DNA from: the human T2T-CHM13v2.0 reference genome, Homo sapiens
Length of the DNA stretch: 64,000 nucleotides
Strand: one strand, 5' to 3'
Assembly: GCF_009914755.1 (NCBI RefSeq)
Contig: NC_060929.1
The first letter of the stretch is position 1; each line of letters opens with the position of its first letter. Positions 38,642 through 51,485 of this stretch are shown one piece after another. The position numbers and the translations under genes were made by a program. The notes beneath the pieces are model-generated. The model saw only the letters and a list, made by a program, of their open reading frames with translations. It searched no databases and was not told where the DNA came from.

Positions 38642-38691
38642 CACCTGACAAAGGTAAGCAGAGTCAACACCTGACAAAGGTAAGCGGAGTC
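38642..38691. repeat. 26-bp tandem duplication
   Basis: cacctgacaaaggtaagc(a/g)gagtc at 38642 and 38668. Confidence 0.92.
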
Positions 38692-38769
38692 TGGGTGACC
38701 TGCTTGCCCTGTGTAGGCTACTCACACAGCAGATGCAAAGTGCAGCCACAGGGTCAGACCTGCTCAAGT

Positions 38770-38920
38770 CTCCCCACCCCACCGACAGCCTTTCTCTCCC
38801 CTCCTCCTCTCTCCTCCCTCCTCCATCCCACCACCCACCTCTCTCCCCCCACCCTTCTCTCTCCCCCCACCCTGTCTCTGTCATAAGCACTTTCTTTTTT
38901 TTCCTTTATTTTTCTCCTGA
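38770..38920. repeat. C/T-rich low-complexity tract
   Basis: Many CCC/CCCC runs within a near-homopyrimidine strand. Confidence 0.75.
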
Positions 38921-41309
38921 AACAAAGAAAGGAAGGCAAGGTCGTTGGAGGCGGGCTTTCTTTTCACTCGGGGAGTGAATAGCGTTTGGGGGTGCCTGGC
39001 ACCCCCACCCATGCTGTCTGTCTCAATTGGTGCTTGACTTATCGTGCTGGGAGACTGGGAAGAAGCAGGGTGGGAGCATGCCCGCCTTTTATCCTTCTAT
39101 CCACAGTTCTTCTACAGCACCAATAAGCTGCTTTGCTTATGGCATAGAAACATGTCCCTGAGTTGCTGAAAAATTACTTTCTTCTCTTCTCACTACTGAC
39201 ATGACTCGGTGCCTACCCTTTTCTTCCCCTCATTCTTCTTTTGTCCCTTGGACTACAGCTCAAGATGCCACATGGCGAGGCTCTGCAGCCCATCTGCTCA
39301 AACCTGCCCACACCGCACCTTGCTCCCGGGAGCCCTAAACCCCTCGCCGAGTCTCAGGCTGAGCAGGGGTCTCAGATCTGGCTGCCCATTAGAAACCTGG
39401 TAGGCTCTCACCCAATGCAAAGGATGCTGTGATCCCCTCAGCAGGTCCTGAGAGAGGTGAGTGATTTCTTTTTGTTAAGCTGGCCAGGTGATTTCACTGT
39501 GAGTCCAAGGTGGAGACCTGGGGTCTAAGTCACGCAAGCTCAGCAGGACCAGTATCTCCCCACGGGGGCAGACATTGGTTCATGGGGAATAAAATGTCTT
39601 AATCTTCATATACCTCAATTACAGGTAAGCATGCAATACCCAGACAGAGAGCTTCCTAGATGAGGGGCAATTAGGAAATAATAACCTAAAACCCTCTCTA
39701 GGTAGACAATAATGAAAAACGGTGGTATATAAATCATATCTAAAAAAGTCTGTGATAAATACACACACACACACACATATATATGTACATGTGATGAAAG
39801 TGTGTAAAAAAGGCGATCTAAATGCACCTGGCCCCACGGGGCTAAAGCCCCTGTTTTATTAAATGCCACTCCCAGGTGGCCGTGCTGCATTCAGCACCAT
39901 GATGTTAACAAACACCACAGTAAAGTCTTCTGATTCTATACAACCTGCTGAGGTCCACGGGAGGAGTCAAGAGGGGAAGAGGGTTTGGACCGAAAGCCGT
40001 AGCAGGGGGAGTGACCGTATAGGCTTCTAGCGCTGCTGGACACCTGGGAAGCCCTGTTTGGCTGCGGGTGCACGCTGGTTAGGGAGGGTAGCTGGGATGG
40101 CCTGGATGGCTTGCAGGGGCTGCATGTTCTCTGGGCAGAAAAGAGGCATCTTGGTGGAGAGGCACCGTCCGTCCCTCAGGACCGTCTGTCTTTAACATGC
40201 TCCATACCCACCAGAGACACTTTGTGAGGTGTGCCTGTCCCTGGCACACACACCCTCCTGGGACACTTGTGGGCTATTGTTCCTGAAGGCTGGCAGCTGA
40301 AGTCATTCCCTGTACACCTTGACCTCCTGTTCTGTCTGGCAAAACCCAACAATGGCACCATGACAACAGTGCAATCGTTGGCCACTTGGGGTGGAGGAGA
40401 GGACACCCTGCCATCTCCTGCTGGAGGAGGAATGATTATCCTCATTACTCTTGTTGGGATCCACTGCTTTTGCCATGATTATCCCTGTGGCTGCATCTCG
40501 GGGCATCTGTGGGCTTGTTGCCTTGTGGTAAACACATGCAGACGGAGCTGATGCAGATGCATTCAGCAGCGCAGGGCTCCTATCTCCTGACCGGATGTGG
40601 ACATGGTCTTCTCGGGATGGCAGCCCTGCAGCCCTGAGCTGAGTCTGCCCTGTGGGTTTGCGGTCACCAGTGTCCCCGAGGCCCCTCAGGCCCGAGCTGC
40701 CCAATGCATCCATGCTCTCTTTCAAACTTTCACATTTCTGTTTATTTCACTTAGCATCTATTTTGGATTATGTTCTAGGGTAGAAATTTAATAGTTTTCT
40801 AATCGTTATCCTTCTGTATAATCAGTCTTTCTGCATTGGTTTGCAAGGACTCAGCCACTGCACACCCACACTGGTCTCTGGAGGGGCAGCCACGTTCTAT
40901 CGTGTAAGTATGTACATAGTTAATGCATATTCACCTATATTTCTTTCATCTTATTCAGATGTTAGTGTATCTGCACAGACTTTTCTTAACTAAAACACAG
41001 CTATGTTTTTGGGTATGTGTAGAGGATAAAGTTGGGAAATTGACCAACCTCTCTCACCTGTGCATATCTCTCTCATCAATGTCTCTGTCTCCATGTCTGC
41101 CTTTCTCTGTGTGTGTATAAATGCATGTATACATAAACATGCATCATGTAAGCCACAGTGATATGTGTTACATAGTTTCTGTATTTACAGTATATTCATA
41201 TCCTGACTTCCTAATTTGTTCCATTTATCTTTCTGTCTAATCTTAGCCAGGTCATGGTTTGTGGTACGATTGGTACCAACATGTTGTTCATTAAGGCACA
41301 GATGTACAC

Positions 41310-42270
41310 CTTGTCTTTGAAAATATTGTCTTGCCTATTCTTACACGCTTATTCTCCCAGGTAACCTTTAAAAGTATCACACCAGGTTCTCGGAAATGTG
41401 CATTGGAATTAGAATTGAATTAAACATATAAACACTCTGAGGGAGCTTGTCTCTTCCCAGGGTAACGTCCGCCCCGTGGCAGGGACTGCTGACTGTCCCT
41501 ACGCTCTCCTCCTTCCTCTTGGTGATGGAAGCTACCACCCGCCGAGTTGCAGATGCCCACATTTCCCGGACCCTGTGCAGCTCGCTGTGGCACAGAGACT
41601 GCATGTGGGACAATGGGAATACTACCAAAGGCAAGGAAGACAATTTCCAGGTGGTCTTTTCAAAGTCCAGGCCACATGTCCCAACTTCTTATCTCCCTTC
41701 CCACAGAGAGGCTGAGGAGTGAGGTGAGCCAGCCTCCATCCCGTGGGAGAGAACCACATGACGGGCCAGCCCCATCCCGTGGGAGAGAACCACATGACGG
41801 GCCAGCCCCATCCCGTGGGAGAGAACCACATGACGGGCCAGCCCAATCCTGTGGGAGAGAACCACATGACGGTGGAGCCACACGTCCACCAGAGCCTAAG
41901 CGTTGGGGCCCCGAGTGACCACACGGAACCACGCTGCCCCAGGCACAGGAGCACTCAACTCTGCAGCCTCACCAGAGGGAGACGGCGCTGCCTGCCCGAG
42001 CCGCTTCACACTCAGACCTTTTCACTACAGCAGATTCATCTACTCACAACAAAGGGGTTGTGAGTTCTCCAAGAACATGTTTTTAAATATCTTTCAGTAA
42101 ATCTATTACAAGTTCTCATTAGATTGAATTTATTCTTAAGTTGTTTTATCTCAGTTGCTATTATAAATAAATTAATTTATTCCATGCCAATTGGTACTTT
42201 GGTTAGACAGGAAACATCAATTTTGAGAATATATTTAATAATCGGCTTCTTTGTAATTTTTTATTAGTTA
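41310..42270 (-). mobile_element. Old L1ME-like fragments (41310-41450, 42030-42270) flanking an MLT1H/J-like LTR relic (~41480-42000)
   Basis: L1-like: cattggaattagaattgaattaaacatata and atttattcttaagttgtttt...ttgctattataaat. LTR-like: cacatttcccggaccctgtgcagct...ggacaatgggaat. Confidence 0.45.
41728..41872. repeat. 36-bp minisatellite, 4 copies
   Basis: gccagccccatcccgtgggagagaaccacatgacgg x4. Confidence 0.95.
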
Positions 42271-43057
42271 CTTCATGCGTGTGCATGTGTGTGTGTGAAT
42301 GTTTACAAACATGGAACATGCAAATAGTGGTGACTTTTTGTCCGTTTCTCTGAGGGAATGAGCTGAAGACTGTCTCGATACCTGACTTTTTCTTTCTTTA
42401 TACTTTTCCTTTGGAATCCAACTCCTTACACACACCCAGATGCCTCCTTACAGACACATCTCCCTATTCGACCTCTCTCTAGATGATGCATTTTGTCATT
42501 TCTCCACCAAGGTATCTTTCTCTACCATCGAGTTATTAAATTGACCCACAATTTCTCCAGCGCCAGCTTCCCTGGGGGAGCCATTGTCCTGGGCGCACAG
42601 CCCCACCTCCTTCAATCACTGGCAGCACCTAATTCTTCTTTCAGGTCTAGCTGGGCCTCTGCCCTCTAAAGACCACGGTGGCCTCTCTTCACCTGGACAT
42701 CTTATGCTCACTGCCTGTGCCCCTTTTTAAAAAGAATGTTGGTATTTCTGTTTAAATAATTTGACCCATTAAAGCCCGCTGGAAGGGTAGGATGCATAGA
42801 TGCTATATCCCCTGGTACTACACATTGCAGGCTCTCAATGTGGAATTAAGTTTAATTCAACAAATACCAAATGCCTGTCACATGCCACCAAGCCCCAGGA
42901 GAGAGGCATTCCTCATTGTTGAAGGAGGCAGATGGATGTTGGTGGCTAAACAATGCTTTTAATAGGGCCCAGAACAGTTTCTCTATGCAGAGCAGCAAGG
43001 GCTGACCTTGATCAAGTCTATGTTTTTCCTCATTAATGGCACACGGGTATAGTCTAA

Positions 43058-43253
43058 CCACTGACAGGCTGGGGAATGGGGTGAGCCAGCCTCTATCCCC
43101 TGGGAGAGAACCACACCCCACATGAGAGTTGAGCCACCGGTCCACCACCGCCCAAGTGTTGGGGCCCTGAATGACTGCATGGAGCAGAGCTACCCCAAGC
43201 GCAGAAGCACTCAACTCAGCGGCCTCATCAGAGGCAGATGGTGCTGCCTGCCC
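43058..43253 (+). repeat. Direct copy of 41701-41997 without the 36-bp expansion
   Basis: Colinear, ~80% identical by eye. Confidence 0.88.
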
Positions 43254-44969
43254 ATCTCTGCCCCTGAAGTGGAGAGTATAGATTTTATTCCCAGTTATAC
43301 ACTGTCCTGATGTTGAGCAAGCTCCTCCAGCTTCCTGTGCCCCCTCCTCTAGGTGAAGCCTCCCTACCTTCCACAACCCCACAGCATCCCTCCCTCCTTA
43401 TACTTCTGCTAGAGATGTCTTGAGAATAAATGAGGCATTAGCAACCTGTTCTGAGGAAGACACTGTGTAAATATGATGCAGGGTTTCACCTGCCCTAAAC
43501 TGCTAAAAGAATTGCTGATTCTGTGCTAAACAGATGACCACGTTATTTTCCCATGGAGCCTCCTTTCTGCTAACAGGGAGAGTCCCCACCAGGCCAAGCC
43601 TCTTAAAAGGAGTGTGAAGAAAAACAATGGAAGGTGCCTTGGTTTATAAATGGCTGTATTATTCTTAGCATGCACCCTATCGGGACGCCTGTGAAGTTGC
43701 TGACGCGACTCAATTTAATGAGGTGAGATCAATGGGGCCTGCAGTCCCCAAGTGCAGGACTCATGCTCCTGGTGGCCTCAGTCTGCCCATTCCCTGTGGT
43801 GGGTGTTGATGCTACTTTGGGTTTGAATGATAATCTTTTTAATGATGAACTGAAAGTAAAGAAAGGCCCTGAAAGAAAAAAATAAACACAATGATAAGCA
43901 AAGGAAACCCTGCTCCGTTACATAAGAAAACAGCCTCAGCCCCGCGCCAGCTGCGTTCAGAGCCAGCCCGTTCCAGCAGCATGCTCAGGTGGTGTTTCCG
44001 CATCCCCCGCGAGGGAGCATCTCCTAGTATCCTTAGCAATCCCACATGAAAAACTAGCATGTTTTCCATCTGGAGCACTCGAGACCTGACACAGGATGCC
44101 ATGCTTACATAGTCAGAAGTCCAGCTCGTGAAGGCCCAAGAGCCAACGCCGGTGCTCCCCTTCCCGGGACGTTTCACAATCAGCCCTGATGGGGCGATGC
44201 CAGGCTGGTCACAGGCATCTCACCAGGAGGGGCAGGGGCACAGGCCACACAGTGGCTGTGTTGCAGGTGCTGGTGAACACTTGTGTGCCCTGATGTAGAT
44301 GCACTGCCCAGGAGACCCCAGGGCTAGGTGAGAGGTCTCCACACTCCACTCCATCCCGTTGTCCAGGATGGAGTGGCAACTTACAACGCCAGGCCCCAGG
44401 ACTGGTTATCAGGTGTTGGCAGAGGGTGAAAGCGTGTGGCTCCTCCTGAAAGCCTGCTCTGTCCACCACTGTTGGAGGTGACATCTTCGTGGTTCAGATC
44501 ACAGACTCTATTTTGGCTTTGTGTCTCAAGCATGCTGGTGAGGGCAGAGCCTGTGGGCTGTGGATTCTCAGAGGCTCAGCAGCAAGAGCCCCTGCGCCAC
44601 CAGCCTCAGGTCCCACCAGTGGCCTGGGAGCTGTCCCTGGCAGATGCAGCACCTCCATATGACATGCCTACATCGTAGCGGTTTGTCCCTGGCTTTGTGT
44701 GAGAGCAAACATCCCCTCCCATCATCTGGAAGCAAATTCCAAGGACCTCTCAGATGAAGCACTGAAGAACAGTTGTCTAACAATAAATAAATAACAGAAT
44801 AGATAGAGCTTCATTCTATCAAAATTGGAGAGACCTGCCAGCTATCTCATGGTGCTCCAGTCCGTTTGCAGGCATGGCCCTCCACAGCGCACGTGCTACA
44901 AAGGACTATCCCTGGAAAGACCCAGAGCAGGTGGCCCTGGACTTAGTGTGGGCTCCCGAACACAATCCT

Positions 44970-45424
44970 CTACACACATACACACTCTGCACACATACAG
45001 CCCTGCACACACACAGCCCTGTACAAACCTGCACTCACACAGCCCTATACACACATACTCTGTACACACACACACCCTGCACACACATCCTGCACACACA
45101 CAGCCCTGTACACACACCTTGCACACACATACCCTGAACACACACTTTGCACACAGTCTTAAACACACACACAGCCCTCTACACACACCTTGAACACACA
45201 TACCCTGAACACACACACTTTGCACACAGTCTTAAACACACACACAGCCCTGTACAAACAGCCCTGTACACACACCCTGCACAGACACAGCCTTGTACAC
45301 ACATCCCCTACACAACCCCGTGCACGCACACCTTGCACACACTCTGAACACAAACACTTTGCACAGACACAGCCCTGCACACACACAATGTGCACACACC
45401 TTGTACACACAGCTCTACACACAC
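44970..45424. repeat. Degenerate CA-rich compound repeat with an internal ~70-bp duplication
   Basis: Repeated cacacagccctg(c/t)acacac. ctttgcacacagtcttaaacacacacacagccc occurs twice. Confidence 0.9.
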
Positions 45425-45937
45425 AGTTCCTCCTGCCAGGCTCTCTATGGCTTTCTGTTGAGCCCTTCCTTGCACATGTTTGGACTGCTGAGTGAGAGCA
45501 CTGTTGGCCTCATCTGACTTCCTCGCAGGCGATCACACGGCATATGACTCTGGCCACTGTAGACCCATGGAGTCAAATGTGGCTGCGGGGCCCAGACGCG
45601 ATAGAGATGGCACAGTCCACATTTACAAGCACCCTTTCAGTGATAACTCAAGCCTGGCATTCATTCAGGGTTACCGGTTTAAATAGTGGGTCTTTAATAG
45701 TGGGACATAAGCCAGAAGGCCAAGCTGAGATACCCAGAGCTATATGGATAAAAAACTCATATTTTCTTCTGATGAAATTACCAGCAAACATCTTTCAGAC
45801 TTTTAAGATAGAAAATGTATATGGAGCTACCAAAAAGTAAACAACTCTGAGTATATATTCCAACATAAAGCCATTAGCCACTGGCTTAATTACTTAAATT
45901 TTATATTTCCACTAAATGCAGTTAGTGGCAACTGTGA

Positions 45938-46216
45938 TTTTTTTTAAAGGCTGTCACTCTGTCTCCCAGGTTGGAGTGCAGTGGGGCAATCATAGCCCAC
46001 CGCACCCTCCACTTCCTGGGCTTAAGAGATCCTCCTGCCTCAGCCTCCTGAGTAGCAGGGACTACAGGCATACCACCACAGTGGGCTAACTTTATTTTAT
46101 TTGTAGAGACAGGGCTCATTCTGTTGCCCAGGCTCGTCTTGAACTGGGCTCAAGTGATCCCCTCACCTGGGCCTCCTGAGTGGCTGGGATGTGGGCGTGA
46201 GCCCCTGTGCCCGGCC
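45938..46216 (-). mobile_element. AluJ
   Basis: Diverged Alu with the J-type segments aatcatagcccac and ctgggctcaagtgatcc. Confidence 0.88.
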
Positions 46217-47842
46217 AAACTATGAGTTGTGATGTGCATCTCCCTGCACAGATTCCTTCACAGACCCTGGACACCAGATGCCAGCACAGCCACAAGCAGG
46301 CGGTGAAGGGGCATCTCCCCAAGCTGCCCAGGATTGGAATAAAAATAAGCATGGCTAGTCTTGGACTAACTTGAAAACAGACCAAGTTTCCCAAAACCCT
46401 CCAGCCTCTTCCTTCTGTTTAATTTTCCATGAGTCTAAATACTGTTGCCTTCTCTTTTTCCCAAGGGAATCTGATGGGACCTTTGCGTTCCTGGGTCCCC
46501 CTGTCCAGCAAGCTCCTCCCAGGGTCTTGCTTCCAAGCCTCAGCTCTGGGTGGCAAATGAATCTGGTCTTCACCAGGCTTTGCTCCAGAAACCAACTGGA
46601 AGAACAATTATGCAATGAGGCTCCCCCAAGTTACACCACATAAAGTTCAAGGTCAATGATGTAGCTTTCAGGTTTGTAAAGAAAGTTGACCCTGTTTGAA
46701 AGTGACCTGTGCAAAAGTGTCTAGATGGCCTTCCCCCAGTTAATAGCTGTTCATTGAAAGTCAATGTCTTTGCCTATTAAAAGAAAACTCGGCATTATTT
46801 TCCTGCAGATCTGAAGTATACCCTATAGCCCTTGGGGTGTGGAAATCTTTAGAGTGACTTTTACTTTCACACCCTCTGCTGTTCTCTTCCTGCAGGTCTG
46901 CATCCCAGAGTGAGGCCCATGTGTGAAAAGCAGGGCGGCAGCATGTCACTTGCTGTCCAGGGAATCAGCCTGTTAATGTGTCAGACAAAAGTCTCTGCTC
47001 AAACTTGGCTAGTGAGACTGGTCCAGGCCAACCTGGCCAAGCACCATAAATAAATGACAGCCTCACGGAGCAGAAAACCAGCACTTAATTACAGTTGTTC
47101 CCTCCACCTACCAAGCTGGCCACCAAGCAGGGGCAGCCTCAGGTTTCCACAAGCAGGAAGTGGACAGGCCAGTGCCGGCTGGACTCCAGAGGTGGGACTG
47201 CTGCCCAGGGTGATGCCTTCAGAACACATGCTGGGGGCATGCCTCTGTCAGAGGATATCTGTCTCCACAGCTTGCTTTTCTTGTTAAGGCACATTTTCAT
47301 TTTTCTAGAGAGCTCCCTGGCTTTCAGAGTGGAGGTCTCTGTGCTGCAGGGATGGCCCCATCAAGTGAATAAACATCCAGGGCTGGGGACTCAGGGACAC
47401 TCCACAGACACACGCACAAAAACAGCATACAGGGACGGAGCGGGACATAGGCAGTGTGGGGAGTGTGTGGGTTGAGGGAGGGGGGCAGGTGTCACAGGGT
47501 GTGGCCCAGAGCAAGCAGGAACTCAGTAGGGACCGAGGAGGAACTCGGCAGTCTAGGAGGACTTCTGGAATCACACTGATGATCCCTGCCAGCTATTTTC
47601 CAAAGAACAAGATGGGAGAGACCAGACGACCCTTGCAGGCAAAAGTGAATCATTATTTAGGAAAAGACTTGGATTTGCCAGGTAGATCTAGAGGCATCTC
47701 TGCAAATTATCAGGCTATCAATAGGTCTGTGAGTTGTTCTTTGCATACAAGATTTTAACCTTTACAAATTTGCCATATTTATAATGGCAAGGATGAGGCT
47801 AGGAGTGGCCACCAGGTCCCTGTTTATGAGATCCTGCTGTTC

Positions 47843-48417
47843 TCTATTAGTTTTCTGGGGTTGCTGTAACAAATTACCAACAATCAAGTGGCTTAAAACA
47901 ACAAAATTTATTCTCTCCCAGTTCTGAAGGCCAGAATCGGAAGTTAAGGCACTAGCAAAGCCCTGGCCCTTCAGAAAGGTCACGAGGAGGACTTTCTAGG
48001 CTCTTTAGCTCCTGGTGGTTCTGCATGTTCCTTGGCTGTGGCTGCATCACCCCCATCTCTGCCTCCATCTGCACGGGACCTTCCCCCCATGTCTGTGTCT
48101 CAGATCTCTCCTTCAGCTCACTGACGGTAGCAGAAGCCATCACCATCCCTTCCACGTGAGGTCTGCCCGCCTCTGGACCAGCTGGACCATGTTCAACTCC
48201 TGCCCGCAGAAAGTCCTGCTGCACTCTGCCCTTCCAAGTTCTCCTTGGAGCACTCCAGATACGAGGATCTGAACCCATGCCTTGTGGATGATCTAAGGTC
48301 AACTTCCTTCACTTAACTCCATCTGCCAAAACTCTTCTCAAATAAGGTCACAGTCACAGGGTCTTGTGGGGCATATCTTTTATTAGGGAGTGGGAGGGAC
48401 ACTGTTCAGCATACTAC
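47843..48417 (-). mobile_element. MLT1C-type solo LTR with an apparent internal non-LTR segment (~48116-48270)
   Basis: tattagttttctggggttgctgtaacaaattacc...gtggcttaaaacaacaaaatttattctct...aaataaggtcacagtcacagg. Confidence 0.8.
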
Positions 48418-51009
48418 ACCAAGCAATATGTAAGGTCCACACATACAAGGCATATGTCACCATACATGGGAGGACACGTTTACCCTTGTCCTTTCAATGC
48501 TCCCTACATAGGACAGTGTCTTCCATGGGGCAGGGAGAAGGGTGGAAGGTGGAGGCAGAGACCTGGCACACTGGGGATGCTGAAAAACTGTCCACTGATG
48601 TTCTGCCCTATTTTCAATTATTTCTAAATTACAGAACAAAATTACTCTACACAGCATTATGAATTTCTGACCCTAAGCTGAAGATCAATCAAGAATGGCC
48701 AGAACGCACAGAGAAAGGGAAACTGGAGTGGGGCTGGAGGGACGGGATGTTCTTCAGGATGGATGTAGTTACAGCCGGTTGGAGGTGATTCTAGGCGGTT
48801 ATCCTTAAACCATGTACTCAGCCTGCCTTTCACTTTGAGTCTGTGTTAGGCCTGGAATCCAGCCAGATGCCCCCACCTTGAGGTGCTCCTCATCCTCCCA
48901 GGTCTTTCTGCAGTGTCTTCCACAGGCGCTTTGAGGATGAGCATCCACGGGTCTCTAGAAACCTGGGGGCCCTTTGCAGGGGGCAAATGGATGGGTTGTG
49001 TGGCCCAGGGGCCCTGAGCTGCAGAGGCTGCAGTGTACCAAGTCGCAGATGCACTGTGTCCCATGCCTACTCCTAGTTACTCAAACGTGTAGATTCTCTA
49101 GCCCTGGGGACAGACACGGGGTGCATCCCAGATCTCCTTTCAAAAGCAATTCAGAGTCTCTTGGGAGAGAGAAAGAGAAGGCAGGGGATGAAAGGAGAAC
49201 TCAGAAACTCCTGGAAGCCAAAGAAAACCTTACGTTTAGAGAAACTTGCAGCAATTAGTGCTTGGAGTTGGCAGCAAAATGGTGCGAGGTAATTAATTAA
49301 CACCTACAGTCTAAACAGCGTCTTTCCACAGGGGCCTGAAAAACCCCCAAGAAAGACCGAAGTGGAGGAAAAGGGAGAATAAGATGGAGACGGGGGGCAG
49401 GAAATGAGAGGGGCTTTGGTGACTGAGATAGTTAATGGGCCTTAATTTTCCCCCAATTTATCATGATCTCAGTTGAGCACTTCCTGGATGACAATGAGGG
49501 TGCAAAGTCCAACTGTGCAGGTCTTGCTGCTTAGACTCAGGTCTGTATCTGCCAATCACAGGGAGACACAGGCAGATCAAGAGTCAGGAGCACAGGGCAT
49601 CAAGAAAAGGGGACACACGCCTGAGAATCCAGCTTGAAAATGCATCCATTGGATATATTCTGTCAGCACTGAGAGGGAAGGCTGGATAGTCATCTCAAAA
49701 ATCACCATGCCATTGGTGCCCACCAAATATTCTCTGCCAAAGAGTTTTGGCTACATACAATTTGGAGATTTTATTTCCCTTTGCAAAGTATCTAAGGCAT
49801 GTTTCAGGTTGGGAGACATTGGAAAACATCTGTGTTTGCTTTGCCCTTTCTTATTTTATGTGAATATTTCACTGTTAACAAGAGAAATTTCCTGAGTAAA
49901 GAAATCTCTTGGAACTCAACAAAGAGTCTGTGTCAGGCCACGAGAGAGCGGAAGAATATTCTATACAGACAACCTGCGCCCCTGCAAAGGGCCCCTCTGC
50001 TCACCAAGGGTGATGTGTTGGCAATGTCCATCTCAGACACGGCTGTGTCTCTAGAGGATTCGTATGGCTCCCGCTCACTACTAAACAAGATGTGCTGTGG
50101 TCAATCCACAAAGTTGAACTTATCTCTAAAGAGTTGAAAGCCGCTAAGGCCCCTTCTTCTGTAAAACAACTTCCTGGGAAAATGTTAATTATTACAACAA
50201 TTAGAGGCAATAAAAAGCCTAAAAGAGTATGGTTAATAGATGGACTGAGCAACTCATTCACTGCCCAGTTATAATTCCACTTTGAATGCAGACTTTGGGT
50301 TAACGTATACAGCTCACAATGTGTGTTGGGACTGAAAAATGGCACCCTTATCATGATTCTATTACTTAGGGCTTGCTTCCATCCTCTTAGCTATTTTTTT
50401 CCTACAGCCAGTGCTAAGAATAGACTGTCTGAGTGATGTCAAATTTTGGAGAAAAAAATAAAATAAAATGAGTAGCTCAATTGTTACAGGATTAGGGCTA
50501 TAAAAATGCAGCAATTACTAATTCAAGGGTGTAGAAAACACTTTACAAAATCCACTTCAGGCACCATTTCATGTTCCCTTTAAGAACTGAAGATTAGCCA
50601 AAAATGTCTCCTGAGTAATACAGCTTCTGGCTGAAGTTTGGATTTTAAGCAGGATGTACTTTAAAAGCAAGAGAGGCTTGCCCCTAGCTCACAGCAGCAG
50701 AGGTCTTTGCCAGGTGCATTCTCTAAGCAATTGAGGAAGAGCTGGAAAACCTGGCTCCACGAACCAGGGCTGCATCTCTGCAGCTCTACACTCCTCTCCA
50801 AGAAGGGCTGCATCTCTGTAGCTCTTCTTGGTAAGTACAGGGTCTTTCCTCACTCTTTCCTCCTTTCCTGTTCTCGGCAGCAATTATTTGGAAAAGGCGG
50901 GTTCTGAAGCAATCTGCTCATGTCACTTGGAGTCCCCCACACACATACTCTAAGAGTGCAGAGGGTCTCCCTGGAGTTCCCTGTGAAGACGAACCAAGGC
51001 AGTGTCATC

Positions 51010-51485
51010 TGGGGGGATAATTTTATGTGTCACCCTGACAGGGCCCCTGACGCCAGGATTCATGGTTAGGCACAATATCTGTGGGGATACTTCTGGATGA
51101 GATTAACATTTGAATCCATAGACCGAGGGAAGCTGTTTCCCTCCCTGGTGTGGGTGGACCTCATTCAATCCACTGAAGAGCTGAATAGAATAAAAAGCTG
51201 GACAGGAAAGAATTTTTTCTCTCTTCCTGATTGTCTTTGAGCTGAGCCATTGGTCTCCTGCCTTCAGACTTGAATGCACACTGGGGCTTCCTCCAGCAGC
51301 TCCCTGTGCCTCCTCCAGCTGCCCAGTTTCAGGCCACCAAGGGACTTGCCAGGCTCCACATCACAGAAGGCAATTTTTATAGAAAATCTCTTGATAGATG
51401 ACAGAGGAAGATGATGGAGCTAGAGCCAGAGATGCATGGGTAGATGTGCCATCTGTGGAGCTGGGTTCTCCTTGAGGACACCTAC
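51010..51485 (+). mobile_element. MLT2B-type solo LTR
   Basis: taattttatgtgtca...ggatgagattaacatttgaatc...gtgggtggacctcattcaatccactgaagagctgaatagaataaaaag. Confidence 0.8.
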
